Assembly: GCA_050013255.1 (NCBI GenBank)
Contig: JBEKFP010000001.1
Location: forward strand, 160,001-224,000
DNA: 64,000 bases
Reading direction: 5' to 3'
Origin: Candidatus Bathyarchaeia archaeon
GTDB lineage: Archaea > Thermoproteota > Bathyarchaeia > 40CM-2-53-6
Of the stretch, positions 38,054-49,552 are shown piece after piece. Position 1 is the stretch's first letter, and each line of letters opens with the position of its first letter. The notes under the pieces are model-generated. The model was not told the origin of the DNA. It saw nothing but the letters and a program-made list of their open reading frames with translations, and searched no databases. A program made the translations under genes and the position numbers.

Positions 38054-38080
38054 TGGTGCGGGGGAGGGGATTCGGACCCC
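38054..38080 (-). repeat. att-like copy of tRNA-Leu 3' end
   Basis: 26/27 identical to 51590-51616. Confidence 0.92.
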
Positions 38081-38140
38081 AGTTTATTGGTACATATAAG
38101 CAGGCTATGTGCCTGCATGTTTCAAGGGTGATGACACTCG

Positions 38141-38779
38141 TTGATGGCTTCAACACACATGGCCTTCGGATTTGTGTTTAGCTTCCTTCTCGCTGTCTTC
38201 TTCGCCACACACGTTGCGAGTTACGCCTACCCGATCATAATGCCAATTACCGCTATCTTTGCCCTAGTGGGTCTTTTTGGCGGATTGTTTCCAGATTTCG
38301 ACCAACTTGAGTTTCTAGGCTTCACGCACAAGAAGACCTCCCATTTCTTGTTCGGCTATTTCATCGCTACTGTCCTCCTTATTGTTCTGGCTGCCTTTGA
38401 ATCTCAATATGTTGTGTGGCTTCTGGGACTTGCTTGCGCCAGCCTTGGAGCTGGAATTCATTCTGCTATGGACCCTTTCGATGGCTTCAGGGATTCCGAT
38501 CAGAATCAAGGTATCTATGAACATGTTTTCTTAAGACGTTGGATTCGATCCCTCAATGTTGTAAGGTTCGCCCATATGTGGGAATGGGTCATCCAAGCGT
38601 TCGCAACGATATTGTTCATCGCAATCTCAGCGAACCTATCACAGTCCATAGTGTTAGGTTGGCAGATCGCAACGTTCACTTACTTCATGATTTGGGCTGT
38701 CTCAGCAATTTTCGACGTCCATATTCGAGCCAAAAACCGTCAAACGAAAGAACTTGCCGTTTCCAATATCGCGCATTGA
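38141..38779 (+). CDS. Membrane metal-dependent hydrolase (YdjM/DUF457-like)
   Basis: STH..FG, PDFD, THKKTSH, HSAMD. Confidence 0.8.
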   Translation: MMASTHMAFGFVFSFLLAVFFATHVASYAYPIIMPITAIFALVGLFGGLFPDFDQLEFLGFTHKKTSHFLFGYFIATVLLIVLAAFESQYVVWLLGLACASLGAGIHSAMDPFDGFRDSDQNQGIYEHVFLRRWIRSLNVVRFAHMWEWVIQAFATILFIAISANLSQSIVLGWQIATFTYFMIWAVSAIFDVHIRAKNRQTKELAVSNIAH

Positions 38780-39244
38780 GGAATCGGCACCCGCCACGGT
38801 GCAATGAGGGATTTGAACCTATTTGGATGCGGGTCGTCCCGTTGAGTTCTTCTGGAACTTGTACAATCCCAGCATTAGGGCTATGGATTTTCGTCGAGCC
38901 CCCCAAGACACTAGCCGAGTATGCTTTCTGCTATCGTGAGTTCTATCGAGTGCCCGGAGGCTCGATTGGAGGAGCAGAAGAACGACATCTGATGATCTCC
39001 TACGCAAGGCCGATGAAAAAACCTGAGAGAAGGTCTTGACAGACTTGAGCATATTGTAAACGAGCTGGATCTGAAGGATCGTGGTGCATCACAAAAATAC
39101 TACGCGCCACGCAAGTCAACAGAAGAATAGGTGTCACGTTGCGTTAACACCGTTCAGGCCTAGGAATAACCTACGCAATAACAGATAAGAAACTGAAGTA
39201 ATAAGTATTGAGAACGCCGCAAGGCTCATGCGAGGTGGAATTCG

Positions 39245-40540
39245 TTGATTCGTGGTCCAAGTAGAGCCACTCTGACTTATAATCGACGACTAAAGCGCAG
39301 TATCGCACCTGGCTTTGTCCTTTCACACTCGGATGCAGTATTTGTGAAGGCAAGAGGAAGCTATCTTACCGATATTGAGAGACGCGTCTTCATTGACGCA
39401 ACAAGTGGTGGATATACAGCTAATGTTGGGCATTCTCATCCCAGAATAGCCGCTGCGATAAGGTCTCAGATTTCCAAAATGTGGGGACCACATCCTCGCC
39501 CTCAGGAAGTCCACCTTGCCTTGGCTGAGAGACTCAAACAAATCGCGCCGGGAAGACTTTCTGCTGGCCTCGTGGGTTTCTGCAATTCAGGGTCTGCTTC
39601 CATAGAATTCTCCATGCAGACAGTCCGAGCGTATTCTGGGCGTCCCTTTTTCATAGCTTTCACAGGAGCATTCCATGGAACATCAGCTGCTGCTCTCTCC
39701 TTGACTACAGTTTCATCCCGTATGAGGAAGAATCTGCCACCCCACGTTTCAAATGTGGTGTTCGCTCCTTATCCAAAGAGTCTAGCTTCAGTTTCAACTC
39801 ACAATTCTGATGATGGTGGATTGGATTCCCTTGACCAGCTGAGGATGATCCTTTCCACTACCGTTGATCCCCGCCAAGTGGCTGCAATCTACACGGAGCC
39901 TATCCAAGTCCATGGAGGAGTAATAGTACCACCGGACGAGTACTTCAAGAAGTTGGCGCGACTATGTCATGAGTATGAAATCCTGTTGGTGGATGATGAA
40001 GCAATCACAGGTTTTGGAAGGACAGGTAAGATGTTTGCCTCAGAGCATTGGGGAGTAACTCCCGACGTAATGTGCCTTGCTAAACCCCTTGCGGCTGGAC
40101 TTCCACTGGGTGCTGTGCTGGGACGAAAGCACATTATGCGGTGCTATCCTGGAGGAGGAACATTTTCCGGAAGTGCAATCGCATTTGCCTGTGCAATCAC
40201 AAATATCGACATAATCTGCCAGGAACATCTCGTTGTGAACGCGGATCGAGTAGGCACATACTTCATGAATCGGCTTCGCGAACTCTCTGGAAAACATGAG
40301 AGAATTGAAGAGGTACGAGGGCGAGGTCTGTTAATCGGAGTGCAATTTAGGAGACACCACGGAAAACCAGCTGCGAAACTGGCACGTAAAGTAGCGCGCG
40401 GATGTTTCAGGAGAGGCCTTCTACTCTCAACGACCGGCATCAATGAAGATGTGCTTCGGATTACTCCACCCCTAACTTTCACCACAGCATTAGTGGACAG
40501 GAGTATTGACGTTATAGACGATTCAATGCGCCACTCTTAG
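39245..40540 (+). CDS. Class III PLP aminotransferase (GabT-like; could be a racemase/epimerase)
   Basis: VGHSHP, AFHGT, EPIQ..GG, DEAITGFGRTG, AKPLAAG. Confidence 0.9.
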   Translation: MIRGPSRATLTYNRRLKRSIAPGFVLSHSDAVFVKARGSYLTDIERRVFIDATSGGYTANVGHSHPRIAAAIRSQISKMWGPHPRPQEVHLALAERLKQIAPGRLSAGLVGFCNSGSASIEFSMQTVRAYSGRPFFIAFTGAFHGTSAAALSLTTVSSRMRKNLPPHVSNVVFAPYPKSLASVSTHNSDDGGLDSLDQLRMILSTTVDPRQVAAIYTEPIQVHGGVIVPPDEYFKKLARLCHEYEILLVDDEAITGFGRTGKMFASEHWGVTPDVMCLAKPLAAGLPLGAVLGRKHIMRCYPGGGTFSGSAIAFACAITNIDIICQEHLVVNADRVGTYFMNRLRELSGKHERIEEVRGRGLLIGVQFRRHHGKPAAKLARKVARGCFRRGLLLSTTGINEDVLRITPPLTFTTALVDRSIDVIDDSMRHS

Positions 40541-40896
40541 CGAGTCCTGGTGTATTAGGTCCCGCCAGCCAAATCTCTATTGTCGCCTCGCTTTTTTTCG
40601 TAGGATTGACAAAACTTGGGCTTACGTGGTTCCTATCATGTGGGCGGGTCGACCAGAGCGAGATTGTGCGGCGGTTGAAAACGAAACCATTTATCCTTTG
40701 AGTTGCCTGTCGTCTGCGCCAAACGCGGCTATCGGAACGTGGGGGCATTAAACCAATAGTGCGGTGGGCTTAGCTGCCAAATCAAACCTCTTAGGCATCC
40801 GTTGGCGTGCTTTTGGGACTATAGATCATCTGCGGTGCATGCGTGACTTGGCCGAGCGCCCTTTTAGTTGCCTGATTGAATCAAAAGGTGTGGGAC

Positions 40897-41865
40897 TCAA
40901 TCTATTATTCTGCGTATTCCCAAAATTCTTTCTCCTGGGTTCTTGATATGCTTGGGGAACATATAATGTATGATTCCGTCGATCGGAGCGACCACTTCTT
41001 GCAGTGTCTGTCCCTTGAGGTTTTTCACGTCGCCAAGCTTTTGCCCTTTACGTGCCATCTCGCCGCATCTGCAATTCAGATAGAGAAGCCCGCCGCGTTC
41101 GGCCCTTACTATGTGTATCTTGTATTCTTCCCTCCTCTGTTTCGCAGGTAGAGTCGGCTTTCCGTCGACCATTCGCAAATGCTTGAGAATGTTTTGAATT
41201 CCGGTTACGTTGAATTGTATGTCTTCTTCATCATATGTCGCGAGGCCCTTCGAGGCTTCGAGTATTATTGAACACACACCGATCCTACTTGCTTCGCTTA
41301 TCAAGGTGCCCTTCTGCTCGGGCATGCCTAGGTAATATTCTGTCCCTAGCGCCCTTGCAAGCTCCTCTGCTCTGGAATCAAGTTCTGTGTTTCCCATCTG
41401 GCAAGATATCGCGAATGTGATCAACTGTTCCCAAAGATCGCCTCCGCGTAGGTCAAGGTGATATTGCGACTTACGAATAACCTCGTCGAAGATGAGGTGA
41501 GCTATACGATGCGTTATCGTGCCATCGGGATCCCCCGGGAATATTCGGTTCGGGTTCAGATTATCTATGGGAGATTCATCCATGCACTTCTGGAAGCCCG
41601 TCATTTCGATGACCGGGACTGTTACCACAGTTCCTCTGAGCTTATTCGGGTCGAGTTGATCGTAGATTCTGATGCAGGCATCTATCCCCGTATAGATGGT
41701 ACCAAACATACCTCCGGTCACGCATAACACGGGACCGAATTCGGAACCCTTCACTATCCCTACGAGCAGCTTGACTATAGCAGAATCATCATCTTCTGCG
41801 ACCAGAAAACCGTATGCCTTTTCCCCCTTCTGAACTTCGATATTTCCAACTCGGAGCGAATCCAT
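40897..41865 (-). CDS. Succinylglutamate desuccinylase/aspartoacylase (M14-like) family protein with degenerate Zn site
   Basis: NPNRIFPG retained; HGxE replaced by FGTI and DxH by DLR. Confidence 0.85.
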   Translation of the reverse strand: MDSLRVGNIEVQKGEKAYGFLVAEDDDSAIVKLLVGIVKGSEFGPVLCVTGGMFGTIYTGIDACIRIYDQLDPNKLRGTVVTVPVIEMTGFQKCMDESPIDNLNPNRIFPGDPDGTITHRIAHLIFDEVIRKSQYHLDLRGGDLWEQLITFAISCQMGNTELDSRAEELARALGTEYYLGMPEQKGTLISEASRIGVCSIILEASKGLATYDEEDIQFNVTGIQNILKHLRMVDGKPTLPAKQRREEYKIHIVRAERGGLLYLNCRCGEMARKGQKLGDVKNLKGQTLQEVVAPIDGIIHYMFPKHIKNPGERILGIRRIID

Positions 41866-42010
41866 GAAAATTATCTACTTGACCGTTTGTTTTGCAACCG
41901 CTCATTTAAGACGACTGCAGCGGTATTAAGAACGAAAACGAGATCCAATCCAACACTTTAGCCTACAGTTTGCTGGTACCTCCCGACTTGGAACGCAGAG
42001 AATTGCCATG

Positions 42011-43027
42011 TTAGGGGTAAGGACGTGGCTTCGGTGGAGCAATATCTTCGTCAGGTATTATGCCAACTACTCTGTCGTTTGTTGATATTGGAAGCGGGCT
42101 TCTTCTGAAGCATACGTATCCATCGACGGGTGATTCTAAGGTCTCCAGGACATCCCCGAACAGACTTCGGATTTCTGCGACTTTGTCTCCCTTCTTTATC
42201 TTCGTCCCTAGCGGAGGAACATAGCAGATGCCCCCTCGTGTCGCGTAGAGAAGCCATCTTCGCCGTGTCCTCGGTTTCCTGGTGGGTAACGGTGGACCTT
42301 CAATCATATTCAGTTTCTTCATGATGTTGATGATGCCATTATTGATGAACATCACCGCTTCTTCACTCACTCTGCCAAAACCACCAGCCTCGACAGCAAT
42401 AGATGGTATCCCTATCTTGGCGGCTGCGTCGATGCTTCCGCCTCCATTTGACGTTGCATGCACATACTGGAAGTCACAATCGAAGGATGCCGCTAGCAAC
42501 TCTTGAGCGAGTTTGTCGTTTCTAACATCACCAGATTGCGCCACTACAACATGAGACGTGAGTTCTTCATTGAGATCTCCGCCGTGACAATCAACATAGT
42601 AGTCTGCTTTCGACACGATGTTCGTGAAGGCTGCCGCGATCTGGTAACTCATCGTGCCCTCTGGGTTTCCTGGAAATATGCGGTTGAGGTTTATGCAATC
42701 TATTGGGTTTTGGAATGGTGTGCTGTGGCCGCCTTGGGGACCGCGCGTTTCGAAACCAGCCATGTTCAACACAGGAATAACAATCAACTTTCCGGCTAGC
42801 CTAGACGGATCTGTCTGACTGATTACTCGAATCACAGCCTCGATACTCGAATACTCGGAACCATGCACCCCGCCACTAATGCATAGAACTGGGCCAAGCT
42901 TCGCGCCATTGATTATGGCCACTGGGATTTGCACGATCCCAACCGCCGTCTCGCCCACATTCAGATATCCGGTCTTCTTCTCGCCCATTTGCGCTTCAAG
43001 ATTACCAATCTTGACAACATCAACCAT
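42011..43027 (-). CDS. Succinylglutamate desuccinylase/aspartoacylase family protein
   Basis: GVHGSE, NLNRIFPG, DCHGG, EAGG. Confidence 0.9.
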   Translation of the reverse strand: MVDVVKIGNLEAQMGEKKTGYLNVGETAVGIVQIPVAIINGAKLGPVLCISGGVHGSEYSSIEAVIRVISQTDPSRLAGKLIVIPVLNMAGFETRGPQGGHSTPFQNPIDCINLNRIFPGNPEGTMSYQIAAAFTNIVSKADYYVDCHGGDLNEELTSHVVVAQSGDVRNDKLAQELLAASFDCDFQYVHATSNGGGSIDAAAKIGIPSIAVEAGGFGRVSEEAVMFINNGIINIMKKLNMIEGPPLPTRKPRTRRRWLLYATRGGICYVPPLGTKIKKGDKVAEIRSLFGDVLETLESPVDGYVCFRRSPLPISTNDRVVGIIPDEDIAPPKPRPYP

Positions 43028-43218
43028 TTTGTGACAACTCTGGAATTACAGAATTATCCTTCGGAACTCGAAGGATCCTCAGTGCGTAAATGGTTGTTGT
43101 CCTTACTATTGAGAATTCTGTTTCAACCGATTGGGACGTATGTTCTCAAGAGTATATGTGGTATATATACAAATCTCAAATATCTAGTCAGTCAACTGAA
43201 CGAAAACGAAGATTAGCT

Positions 43219-45006
43219 ATGTCTTACCTTAAAAATAAAAGAAATATCGCGCTTGCAGTGCTAGTGCTAGCAATACTAGCGGGCTCATACCTGTACATAG
43301 CGTCAGGACCAGCACCATCAACGACAGGAGGAATGTCTACAGAGAATAGTCAACAACTCGAGTTCCAGAAGACTCTCACCTATGTCCAGTTTAGGGACCC
43401 GAACGTCTTGGGCTTTGCTTTGGCGCCGCTACCTGCCAATAGGATGGTCATCAAAGAAACATACGAGACCCTGGTAAGATACGAGGGTGATAGTCTTGAT
43501 TTCAAACCCGACTTGGCAACATCATGGGAGATGTCACCAGATGGCAGAGTGTACACGTTCCACCTACGGCAAGGCGTCAAGTTCTACCCGAGCGGTGACC
43601 CTTTCAATGCACAAGCAGTGAAGGCCAGCCTTGACTACGGCTTCACGGGTCCTGTTACATCGGTCTATAATTTCGGAGGCAAGAATTTGGTACAATACAA
43701 TAGAACTGAGATTATGGACGATTATACCGTCAGAGTATACATGAACCAACCGCTCGCGTGGTTCATGCGAATAATGGCATACGCCTCAGTCAGCGCAATT
43801 CAAAACCCGAATTTCATCGCGGCGCATGGCGGATGGCCGACCTCGGTAACCACTATCGATTCATATCTGATAGACCATCAAGACACAACGGCTGCGTACA
43901 TTGTTGACGAGTTTAAGCCAGGTGATCATGTGACATTGAAGCGAAACCCCACCTACTGGATGGGATGGAATGGGACCCTTGCTAACCGCCCGGAAAGAGT
44001 TGTAATACGGGTTATTCAGGAGCCGGCCACAAGAATGTTGCTGTTAGGACGAATGGATGCTGATATGGCCTTCATCGATACTCAATATCTGCCCGAATTG
44101 AAGAATCGCATACAGAGTGAGAACCTCCCGTTAGTCATCGATGAGTCTCCCGGTCTTACGCAAGTCAACATAGTCTTCGACCAAAAGAACGCTCCTACAA
44201 ACGATGTGCACATCAGGAAGATGCTTGACTATTCCTTCGACTACGACTCGTACATAGCGAATGTACTACACGGCTTCGGCAATCGTCTCTACAGCTTCGT
44301 GCCACAAGGAACATGGGGCTATCAACCAAATGTCCCTCACTATGACTTTGACTTAACAAAGGCTAAAGCAGAACTTGACTTGGCCGCGCCCGAAAACCAA
44401 GCCATGGTGAAGAACCAGATCAAAGTAACCTACACGCCAGGATATGGGGTTGGCAAGGAAGGCTATCTCATGTGGAAGACGGACTTGGCGAAAATAGGTG
44501 TAAACCTGGTTCTCGACGAAATATCGTACCCCGCGTATGACACCGTCGTACAGCGAGGCGGAGTGCCCATTCTTGATCGAAAATGGTCTCCGGACTTCCC
44601 CGACCCTGCAACATACTACGTCATCTTGGGATACGACTTTTATGTCGCTCCAGCTTTCGGAACTACTCCCCAATCAATCGTCGATCTGCTGTACAAAGCA
44701 GCACTGGAAACCAATCAGGATCAACGCCTTCAGATGTATGCACAAGTGGAACAATGGGCCTACGACACAGCCCCATACGTCAAGGTAGCCTCCTTAGTTG
44801 GCGGAGACGATTACAATGTTAGAGGCAGTTGGGTAAAAGGCTACACGCACTTCCCGATGTACGACCACAAGCCCTACTTCTACGAGCTATGGAAGGAACT
44901 ACCAACAACGAGCGCGACATCAAGTATCGTGAGAGAAGGACTCCTGCAAATTCCTTCAGTCAACAAGACGCCGCGGCGTCTTGTTTTCCCCTTTTTTTCG
45001 CCCTGA
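43219..45006 (+). CDS. Peptide ABC transporter substrate-binding protein (family 5)
   Basis: N-terminal TM, YETLV, PDLATSWE.S.DG..YTFHLRQGVKF. Confidence 0.9.
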   Translation: MSYLKNKRNIALAVLVLAILAGSYLYIASGPAPSTTGGMSTENSQQLEFQKTLTYVQFRDPNVLGFALAPLPANRMVIKETYETLVRYEGDSLDFKPDLATSWEMSPDGRVYTFHLRQGVKFYPSGDPFNAQAVKASLDYGFTGPVTSVYNFGGKNLVQYNRTEIMDDYTVRVYMNQPLAWFMRIMAYASVSAIQNPNFIAAHGGWPTSVTTIDSYLIDHQDTTAAYIVDEFKPGDHVTLKRNPTYWMGWNGTLANRPERVVIRVIQEPATRMLLLGRMDADMAFIDTQYLPELKNRIQSENLPLVIDESPGLTQVNIVFDQKNAPTNDVHIRKMLDYSFDYDSYIANVLHGFGNRLYSFVPQGTWGYQPNVPHYDFDLTKAKAELDLAAPENQAMVKNQIKVTYTPGYGVGKEGYLMWKTDLAKIGVNLVLDEISYPAYDTVVQRGGVPILDRKWSPDFPDPATYYVILGYDFYVAPAFGTTPQSIVDLLYKAALETNQDQRLQMYAQVEQWAYDTAPYVKVASLVGGDDYNVRGSWVKGYTHFPMYDHKPYFYELWKELPTTSATSSIVREGLLQIPSVNKTPRRLVFPFFSP

Positions 45007-45215
45007 TAACTCTCACGTTGCTCTCGCTACGATGTTGAATAAAGATGGACTTACTTCATTGAGCGTCTTGGTCTCAGCTTCTAACACAGTACTGATTATG
45101 TAGATAATGTCTTGAGCGTATCAAGTCCACGTCATTGATAATGCCGACTGACTTGCCGCCGCAGGTAATTATTTACCACAAATCACCTGCTCGTCGATAA
45201 GCGGGCCAGCACACC

Positions 45216-46172
45216 TTACTCATACATTATGCAATCTACGAAATGATCTGGGTTGGTCTCTATGAAGTTTGGTTCTCGCTTGGGGCACTCCGGACGGACG
45301 ACCGGGCATCTGGTACGGAATCTGCATCCCGACGGTGGGTTAATTGGGCTTGGGACATCGGTTCCTTTGATGGCGGCAGCCTGCTGGCGTATATCAGGAT
45401 CAGGAAGCAAGATCGAGGACAATAATGCTTGTGTGTATGGATGAAGAGGCTTGTTGAATACTTCACTTGTTGGACCATGCTCTACAATTCTGCCCAAGTA
45501 CATTACACCGATTCTGTCGCTCATGTGCCTGACTACGCTCAAGTCATGTGAGATGAACAAATACGTAAGGTTCATGTCAGTCTGCAAAGCTTTGAGCAGT
45601 TCAAGGATCTGAGCCTGAACTGAGACGTCCAGTGCAGATGTGGGTTCGTCGAGCACAATAAAGTGTGGTTGCAATGCGAGGGCGCGGGCAATTCCGATCC
45701 TTTGTCGTTGTCCTCCACTGAACTCGTGGGGGAGCCTATACAGGTGTTGCTTGCTGAGGCCAACTCTCTCGATAAGCTCTGATACCCTCTTGGTCACATC
45801 GTCTCCTTTCGCGACTTTGTAGATTTCGAGAGGTTCACCGACTATCCCAAGCACATTTTGGTGAGGATCAAGCGAGCCAAAAGGGTCTTGAAACACAATT
45901 TGCATTTTTGACCGAGCATTCTGCATCTGTTTTTCGTCCAGTGCAAGTAGATTCAATCCGTCAAAGATTATTTCACCGCTCGTTGGTTCAATCAGTCGGA
46001 TAAGCGCTTTTCCAAGCGTCGTTTTGCCACAACCAGATTCTCCAACGAGGCCAAAAGTTTCTCCCTTCTTTATGGCGAGGTCAACTCTGTCGACCGCTTT
46101 GTTAAATGCAATGGTCTTCGGAATGAACCCTGCTCTGACAGGGAAGTACTTAACGAGGTTCTTGCATTCCAC
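45216..46172 (-). CDS. oppF: Oligopeptide ABC ATPase (OppF/DppF type)
   Basis: [24 protein letters not shown]-terminal Cys cluster. Confidence 0.9.
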   Translation of the reverse strand: MECKNLVKYFPVRAGFIPKTIAFNKAVDRVDLAIKKGETFGLVGESGCGKTTLGKALIRLIEPTSGEIIFDGLNLLALDEKQMQNARSKMQIVFQDPFGSLDPHQNVLGIVGEPLEIYKVAKGDDVTKRVSELIERVGLSKQHLYRLPHEFSGGQRQRIGIARALALQPHFIVLDEPTSALDVSVQAQILELLKALQTDMNLTYLFISHDLSVVRHMSDRIGVMYLGRIVEHGPTSEVFNKPLHPYTQALLSSILLPDPDIRQQAAAIKGTDVPSPINPPSGCRFRTRCPVVRPECPKREPNFIETNPDHFVDCIMYE

Positions 46173-46180
46173 TAGAGTTT

Positions 46181-47176
46181 CTATGTGTCATCACTCACAT
46201 TTGGCTGATCCCATTTCATTGCGAAGCATTTTACTTGGTGATTAGGTTCAATTTCCTCGAGTCCGGGTTCCTTTTGGCTACACTCAGGTCTAGCGATTGG
46301 GCATCTGGGGTGAAATCTACATCCTGACGGAGGATCAATCAGGTTTGGAACCGATCCGAAAATCGGAGTAAGTTTGCCATCTTGCTTTCTGGCTTTAGGT
46401 ATTGCATTTATCAGAGCTATAGTGTACGGATGCATTGGTTTCTTGAACAAGGTACGTACGCCTGCGACTTCAACGATTTGACCCGCATACATTACGGCGA
46501 CCGTATCGCATGTGTGCGCCACCACCCCAAGATTGTGTGTTATCATCAACATGGATGCACCTAGGTTCTGCTGGAGTTCTTTGATCAACCTTAGTATCTC
46601 GGCCTGAACGGTCGCATCAAGGTACGTCGTGGGCTCGTCACAAATCAGCAGGTCCGGCTTAAGGGATAGAGCCATCGCTATCAGTACACGTTGTGCCATG
46701 CCTCCGCTGAGTTGGTGCGGGTATTGACTGATGATCTTTTGTGGATCGGGGATCCTTACCTTACGGAAGCATTCCACGGTTTGCGAAGCAGCGTCTTCCT
46801 GAGATACCTTCTGATGCTGGATTAGCACAAGTTCGAGTTGTTCCCCGACCGTAAAGGTGGGATTTAGCGCGGCCATGGGCTCTTGGAAGATCATCGATAT
46901 CTTGGCACCCCTAATGCGTCTCATTTCTGCCTCGCTCTTATCAAGTAGGTTTTCTCCTTCGAAAATCACCTCTCCTTTGTCAATCTTCCCCGGGGGCTGA
47001 ATCAACCTCAGAATTGAGTACGCAGTTACAGATTTGCCGCATCCAGTTTCCCCAACCAGTGCCATTGATTCCCTCTTTTCTATGTCGAAGCTAACGTTGT
47101 CCACCGCGTGTACCACTCCGTCATACGTGTAGAAGTTAGTATGTAGGTTGCGGACGCTGAGGAGTTGGTCTATCAA
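46181..47176 (-). CDS. oppD: Oligopeptide ABC ATPase (OppD/DppD type)
   Basis: [21 protein letters not shown]. Confidence 0.9.
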   Translation of the reverse strand: MIDQLLSVRNLHTNFYTYDGVVHAVDNVSFDIEKRESMALVGETGCGKSVTAYSILRLIQPPGKIDKGEVIFEGENLLDKSEAEMRRIRGAKISMIFQEPMAALNPTFTVGEQLELVLIQHQKVSQEDAASQTVECFRKVRIPDPQKIISQYPHQLSGGMAQRVLIAMALSLKPDLLICDEPTTYLDATVQAEILRLIKELQQNLGASMLMITHNLGVVAHTCDTVAVMYAGQIVEVAGVRTLFKKPMHPYTIALINAIPKARKQDGKLTPIFGSVPNLIDPPSGCRFHPRCPIARPECSQKEPGLEEIEPNHQVKCFAMKWDQPNVSDDT

Positions 47177-47503
47177 CTTTCTTTAAACTCGCTCTGGCTC
47201 GATAACATGAATCTCAAAGCAATCGAGTATCTCGTTCCGCAAAATTGCGCTATTTCCTGCTGGAACATCTTCCTCTGAATTCTCCCTGTCTGAATTTCGC
47301 TCTAGAAGAGATTCTAGAGCTATCCACCGTTGTTTCCTCGAGAGTGAAAAGCTCTGGGCCAATCTTCCCCTGGCCCATAAAAAACCATTCTCACAACATT
47401 CAGTGGCGAAAAGAATTGGCTGGTTTTATGGGCGTAAGAGCAACAAAAGCTCTTGTTTGGGATGCTGCCAACGCGCCGGAAAAAAGACTCGAGAGTGAAC
47501 TAG

Positions 47504-48532
47504 GTGGAGTTCAGGACCTACGTCCTACGACGAGTTATACTGCTTTTCTTCATACTTCTTGGAGTCTCGATACTTGTCTTCGTACTTGCGGTCATGGTTC
47601 CAAGTGATCCTGCATATCTCTGGTCAGGCTCGCAGGTGCCTAATGAGCAGGAACTAGAACAGATTAGAGAGCAGTATCATCTCAGAGACCCATGGTATGT
47701 TCAGTATTTGTGGTATCTTTGGAGAATTCTGCATGGAGATCTCGGAACATCTCCGGTAAGGAGAGTTCCGGTTGCAACAGAGTTAATGACGTACCTTCCC
47801 CCTTCGGTAGAGTTGGGAACCTTCGCACTTCTCCTGAGCATTGCTATAGGACTTCCAATAGGCATCATTTCCGCTACTCGAAAGGATACCGCCTGGGATC
47901 ATGCGGGTAGGCTACTCGCTTTGGGGCAGGTGTCATTACCTGCCTTCTGGATTGGTCTGATATTCCAGCTTGTCTTCTACTACAATCTTCGGCTGGTTGC
48001 CGATCCTGGCGGATTTGTCAGTGATGCGGTTCTGTCCGCTCATCCCTTAACTAGAATAACCGGTTTCATGACGATCGACAGCCTTCTGACTGGTAACTGG
48101 GCCGTGCTGGCTAGTGCACTGCAACACCTGGTGCTGCCTGGCCTCGTAATGTCCTTCTATTCTACAGCCTTGATAGCACGAATATCGAGAGCAAGCATGA
48201 TGGAAGCAATGAATCAGGACTATATCCGGACTGCTAGAGCATTTGGCCTTTCCGAAAGAGTAGTCATCTACAAGCTGGCACTAAAGAATGCCCTGATTCC
48301 AACAACGACAGCTATCGGACTGGCGGTGGGGTGGCTTTTGACGGGTTCTGTGGTTGTCGAAACGATTTTCTACTGGCCTGGAATTGGCAGATTTGCAGTT
48401 GACTCGATTCAGAATTTCGATTTTCCTGGGCTCATTGGTTTCGTGCTGTTGGCTGGATTAATTTATGGAGTTGCCAACGTGATTGTGGATGTTGTCTACG
48501 GCTTTCTAGATCCGAGGATAAGACAAGGGTGA
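47504..48532 (+). CDS. oppB: Oligopeptide ABC permease (OppB/DppB type)
   Basis: DYIRTARAFG, VETIF.WPGIG, DPRI. Confidence 0.9.
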   Translation: MEFRTYVLRRVILLFFILLGVSILVFVLAVMVPSDPAYLWSGSQVPNEQELEQIREQYHLRDPWYVQYLWYLWRILHGDLGTSPVRRVPVATELMTYLPPSVELGTFALLLSIAIGLPIGIISATRKDTAWDHAGRLLALGQVSLPAFWIGLIFQLVFYYNLRLVADPGGFVSDAVLSAHPLTRITGFMTIDSLLTGNWAVLASALQHLVLPGLVMSFYSTALIARISRASMMEAMNQDYIRTARAFGLSERVVIYKLALKNALIPTTTAIGLAVGWLLTGSVVVETIFYWPGIGRFAVDSIQNFDFPGLIGFVLLAGLIYGVANVIVDVVYGFLDPRIRQG

Positions 48533-48535
48533 CCA

Positions 48536-49450
48536 GTGACGACGCAGCAAAAGAGGAGTGAGATCAGAAGTTGGAACAGAAAGCATGAATCGCAAGTAAG
48601 GGAAATCAAATACAGCTTCCACTTGATTAAGCGAAGCCCTCTGTCCTTGCTAGGTCTTGCAATGATTGTCGCGATTGTCTTTATCTCGGTGTTTGCGCCA
48701 GTGCTGGCTCCTTACGATCCTTTGCAAGTTGACTTTAGTCAGGCTTTTCGACCACCGAGTTGGCAACATCCGTTTGGAACTGACGATCTTGGGTTGGACG
48801 TCTATAGCAGAGTACTCTATGCCGGATTATATGACCTGTCCATTGGCGTCATCGTTTTTGCAGTCGCAGCAACGGTCGGGTCAATGGTCGGCGTGCTAGC
48901 CGGATACAAAGGAGGTAAGACAGATGAACTTATGATGCGGGTCGCCGACATTTTTCTTTCAATCCCAGGGCTAGTTCTCGCGATGGCTGCTTCTGCGGCT
49001 TTTGGCACAAGGTCACTGCAGGTTCTCGTATTTGCGATCGCACTCAATCGTTGGCCATCGTATTCCAGGTTCGTTAGAGGTCAGACGCTCTCAATTAGGG
49101 AATCTCAATTCATTGAAGCTGCCCGATCGGTAGGGGCAAAAGGAAGAAGAATAATGCTCCGCCACATCCTGCCCAACGTAATATCGCCCATAATTGTAAA
49201 CGGCACGCTAGACATCGGAAACATCATATTGACCGTCGCAACCTTGAGTTTTGTCGGGTTAGGAGCACCACCAGGCAGCCCTGAATGGGGTCGAATGGTG
49301 ACCGACGGACGTATCTATATGCAGGCAGCTCCGTGGATTATGATTTTTCCGGGGCTTACTATATTCATTGCTGTCATGGGTTACAATCTTTTAGGCGACG
49401 GCCTCAGAGACATTCTTGATCCAAGGGTCCGCGCACGAATGGGAGCGTAG
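48536..49450 (+). CDS. oppC: Oligopeptide ABC permease (OppC/DppC type)
   Basis: HPFGTD, EAARSVGA, LSFVGLG, GDGLRD. Confidence 0.9.
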   Translation: MTTQQKRSEIRSWNRKHESQVREIKYSFHLIKRSPLSLLGLAMIVAIVFISVFAPVLAPYDPLQVDFSQAFRPPSWQHPFGTDDLGLDVYSRVLYAGLYDLSIGVIVFAVAATVGSMVGVLAGYKGGKTDELMMRVADIFLSIPGLVLAMAASAAFGTRSLQVLVFAIALNRWPSYSRFVRGQTLSIRESQFIEAARSVGAKGRRIMLRHILPNVISPIIVNGTLDIGNIILTVATLSFVGLGAPPGSPEWGRMVTDGRIYMQAAPWIMIFPGLTIFIAVMGYNLLGDGLRDILDPRVRARMGA

Positions 49451-49552
49451 TTAGCAAATGATTTCCGTCTTTTCAAGATGAACCATAATTTGATATATCA
49501 TCCGAGGAAAGCCTCAGAATTGAGTGAATTTCCAAATTACTGAGGGTTCAGT

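Noticed and set aside
38780-39040. Additional att site or gene (GGGATTTGAACC at ~38808)
   Set aside because: The match to a tRNA T-arm is too short and no coherent ORF or motif supports it.
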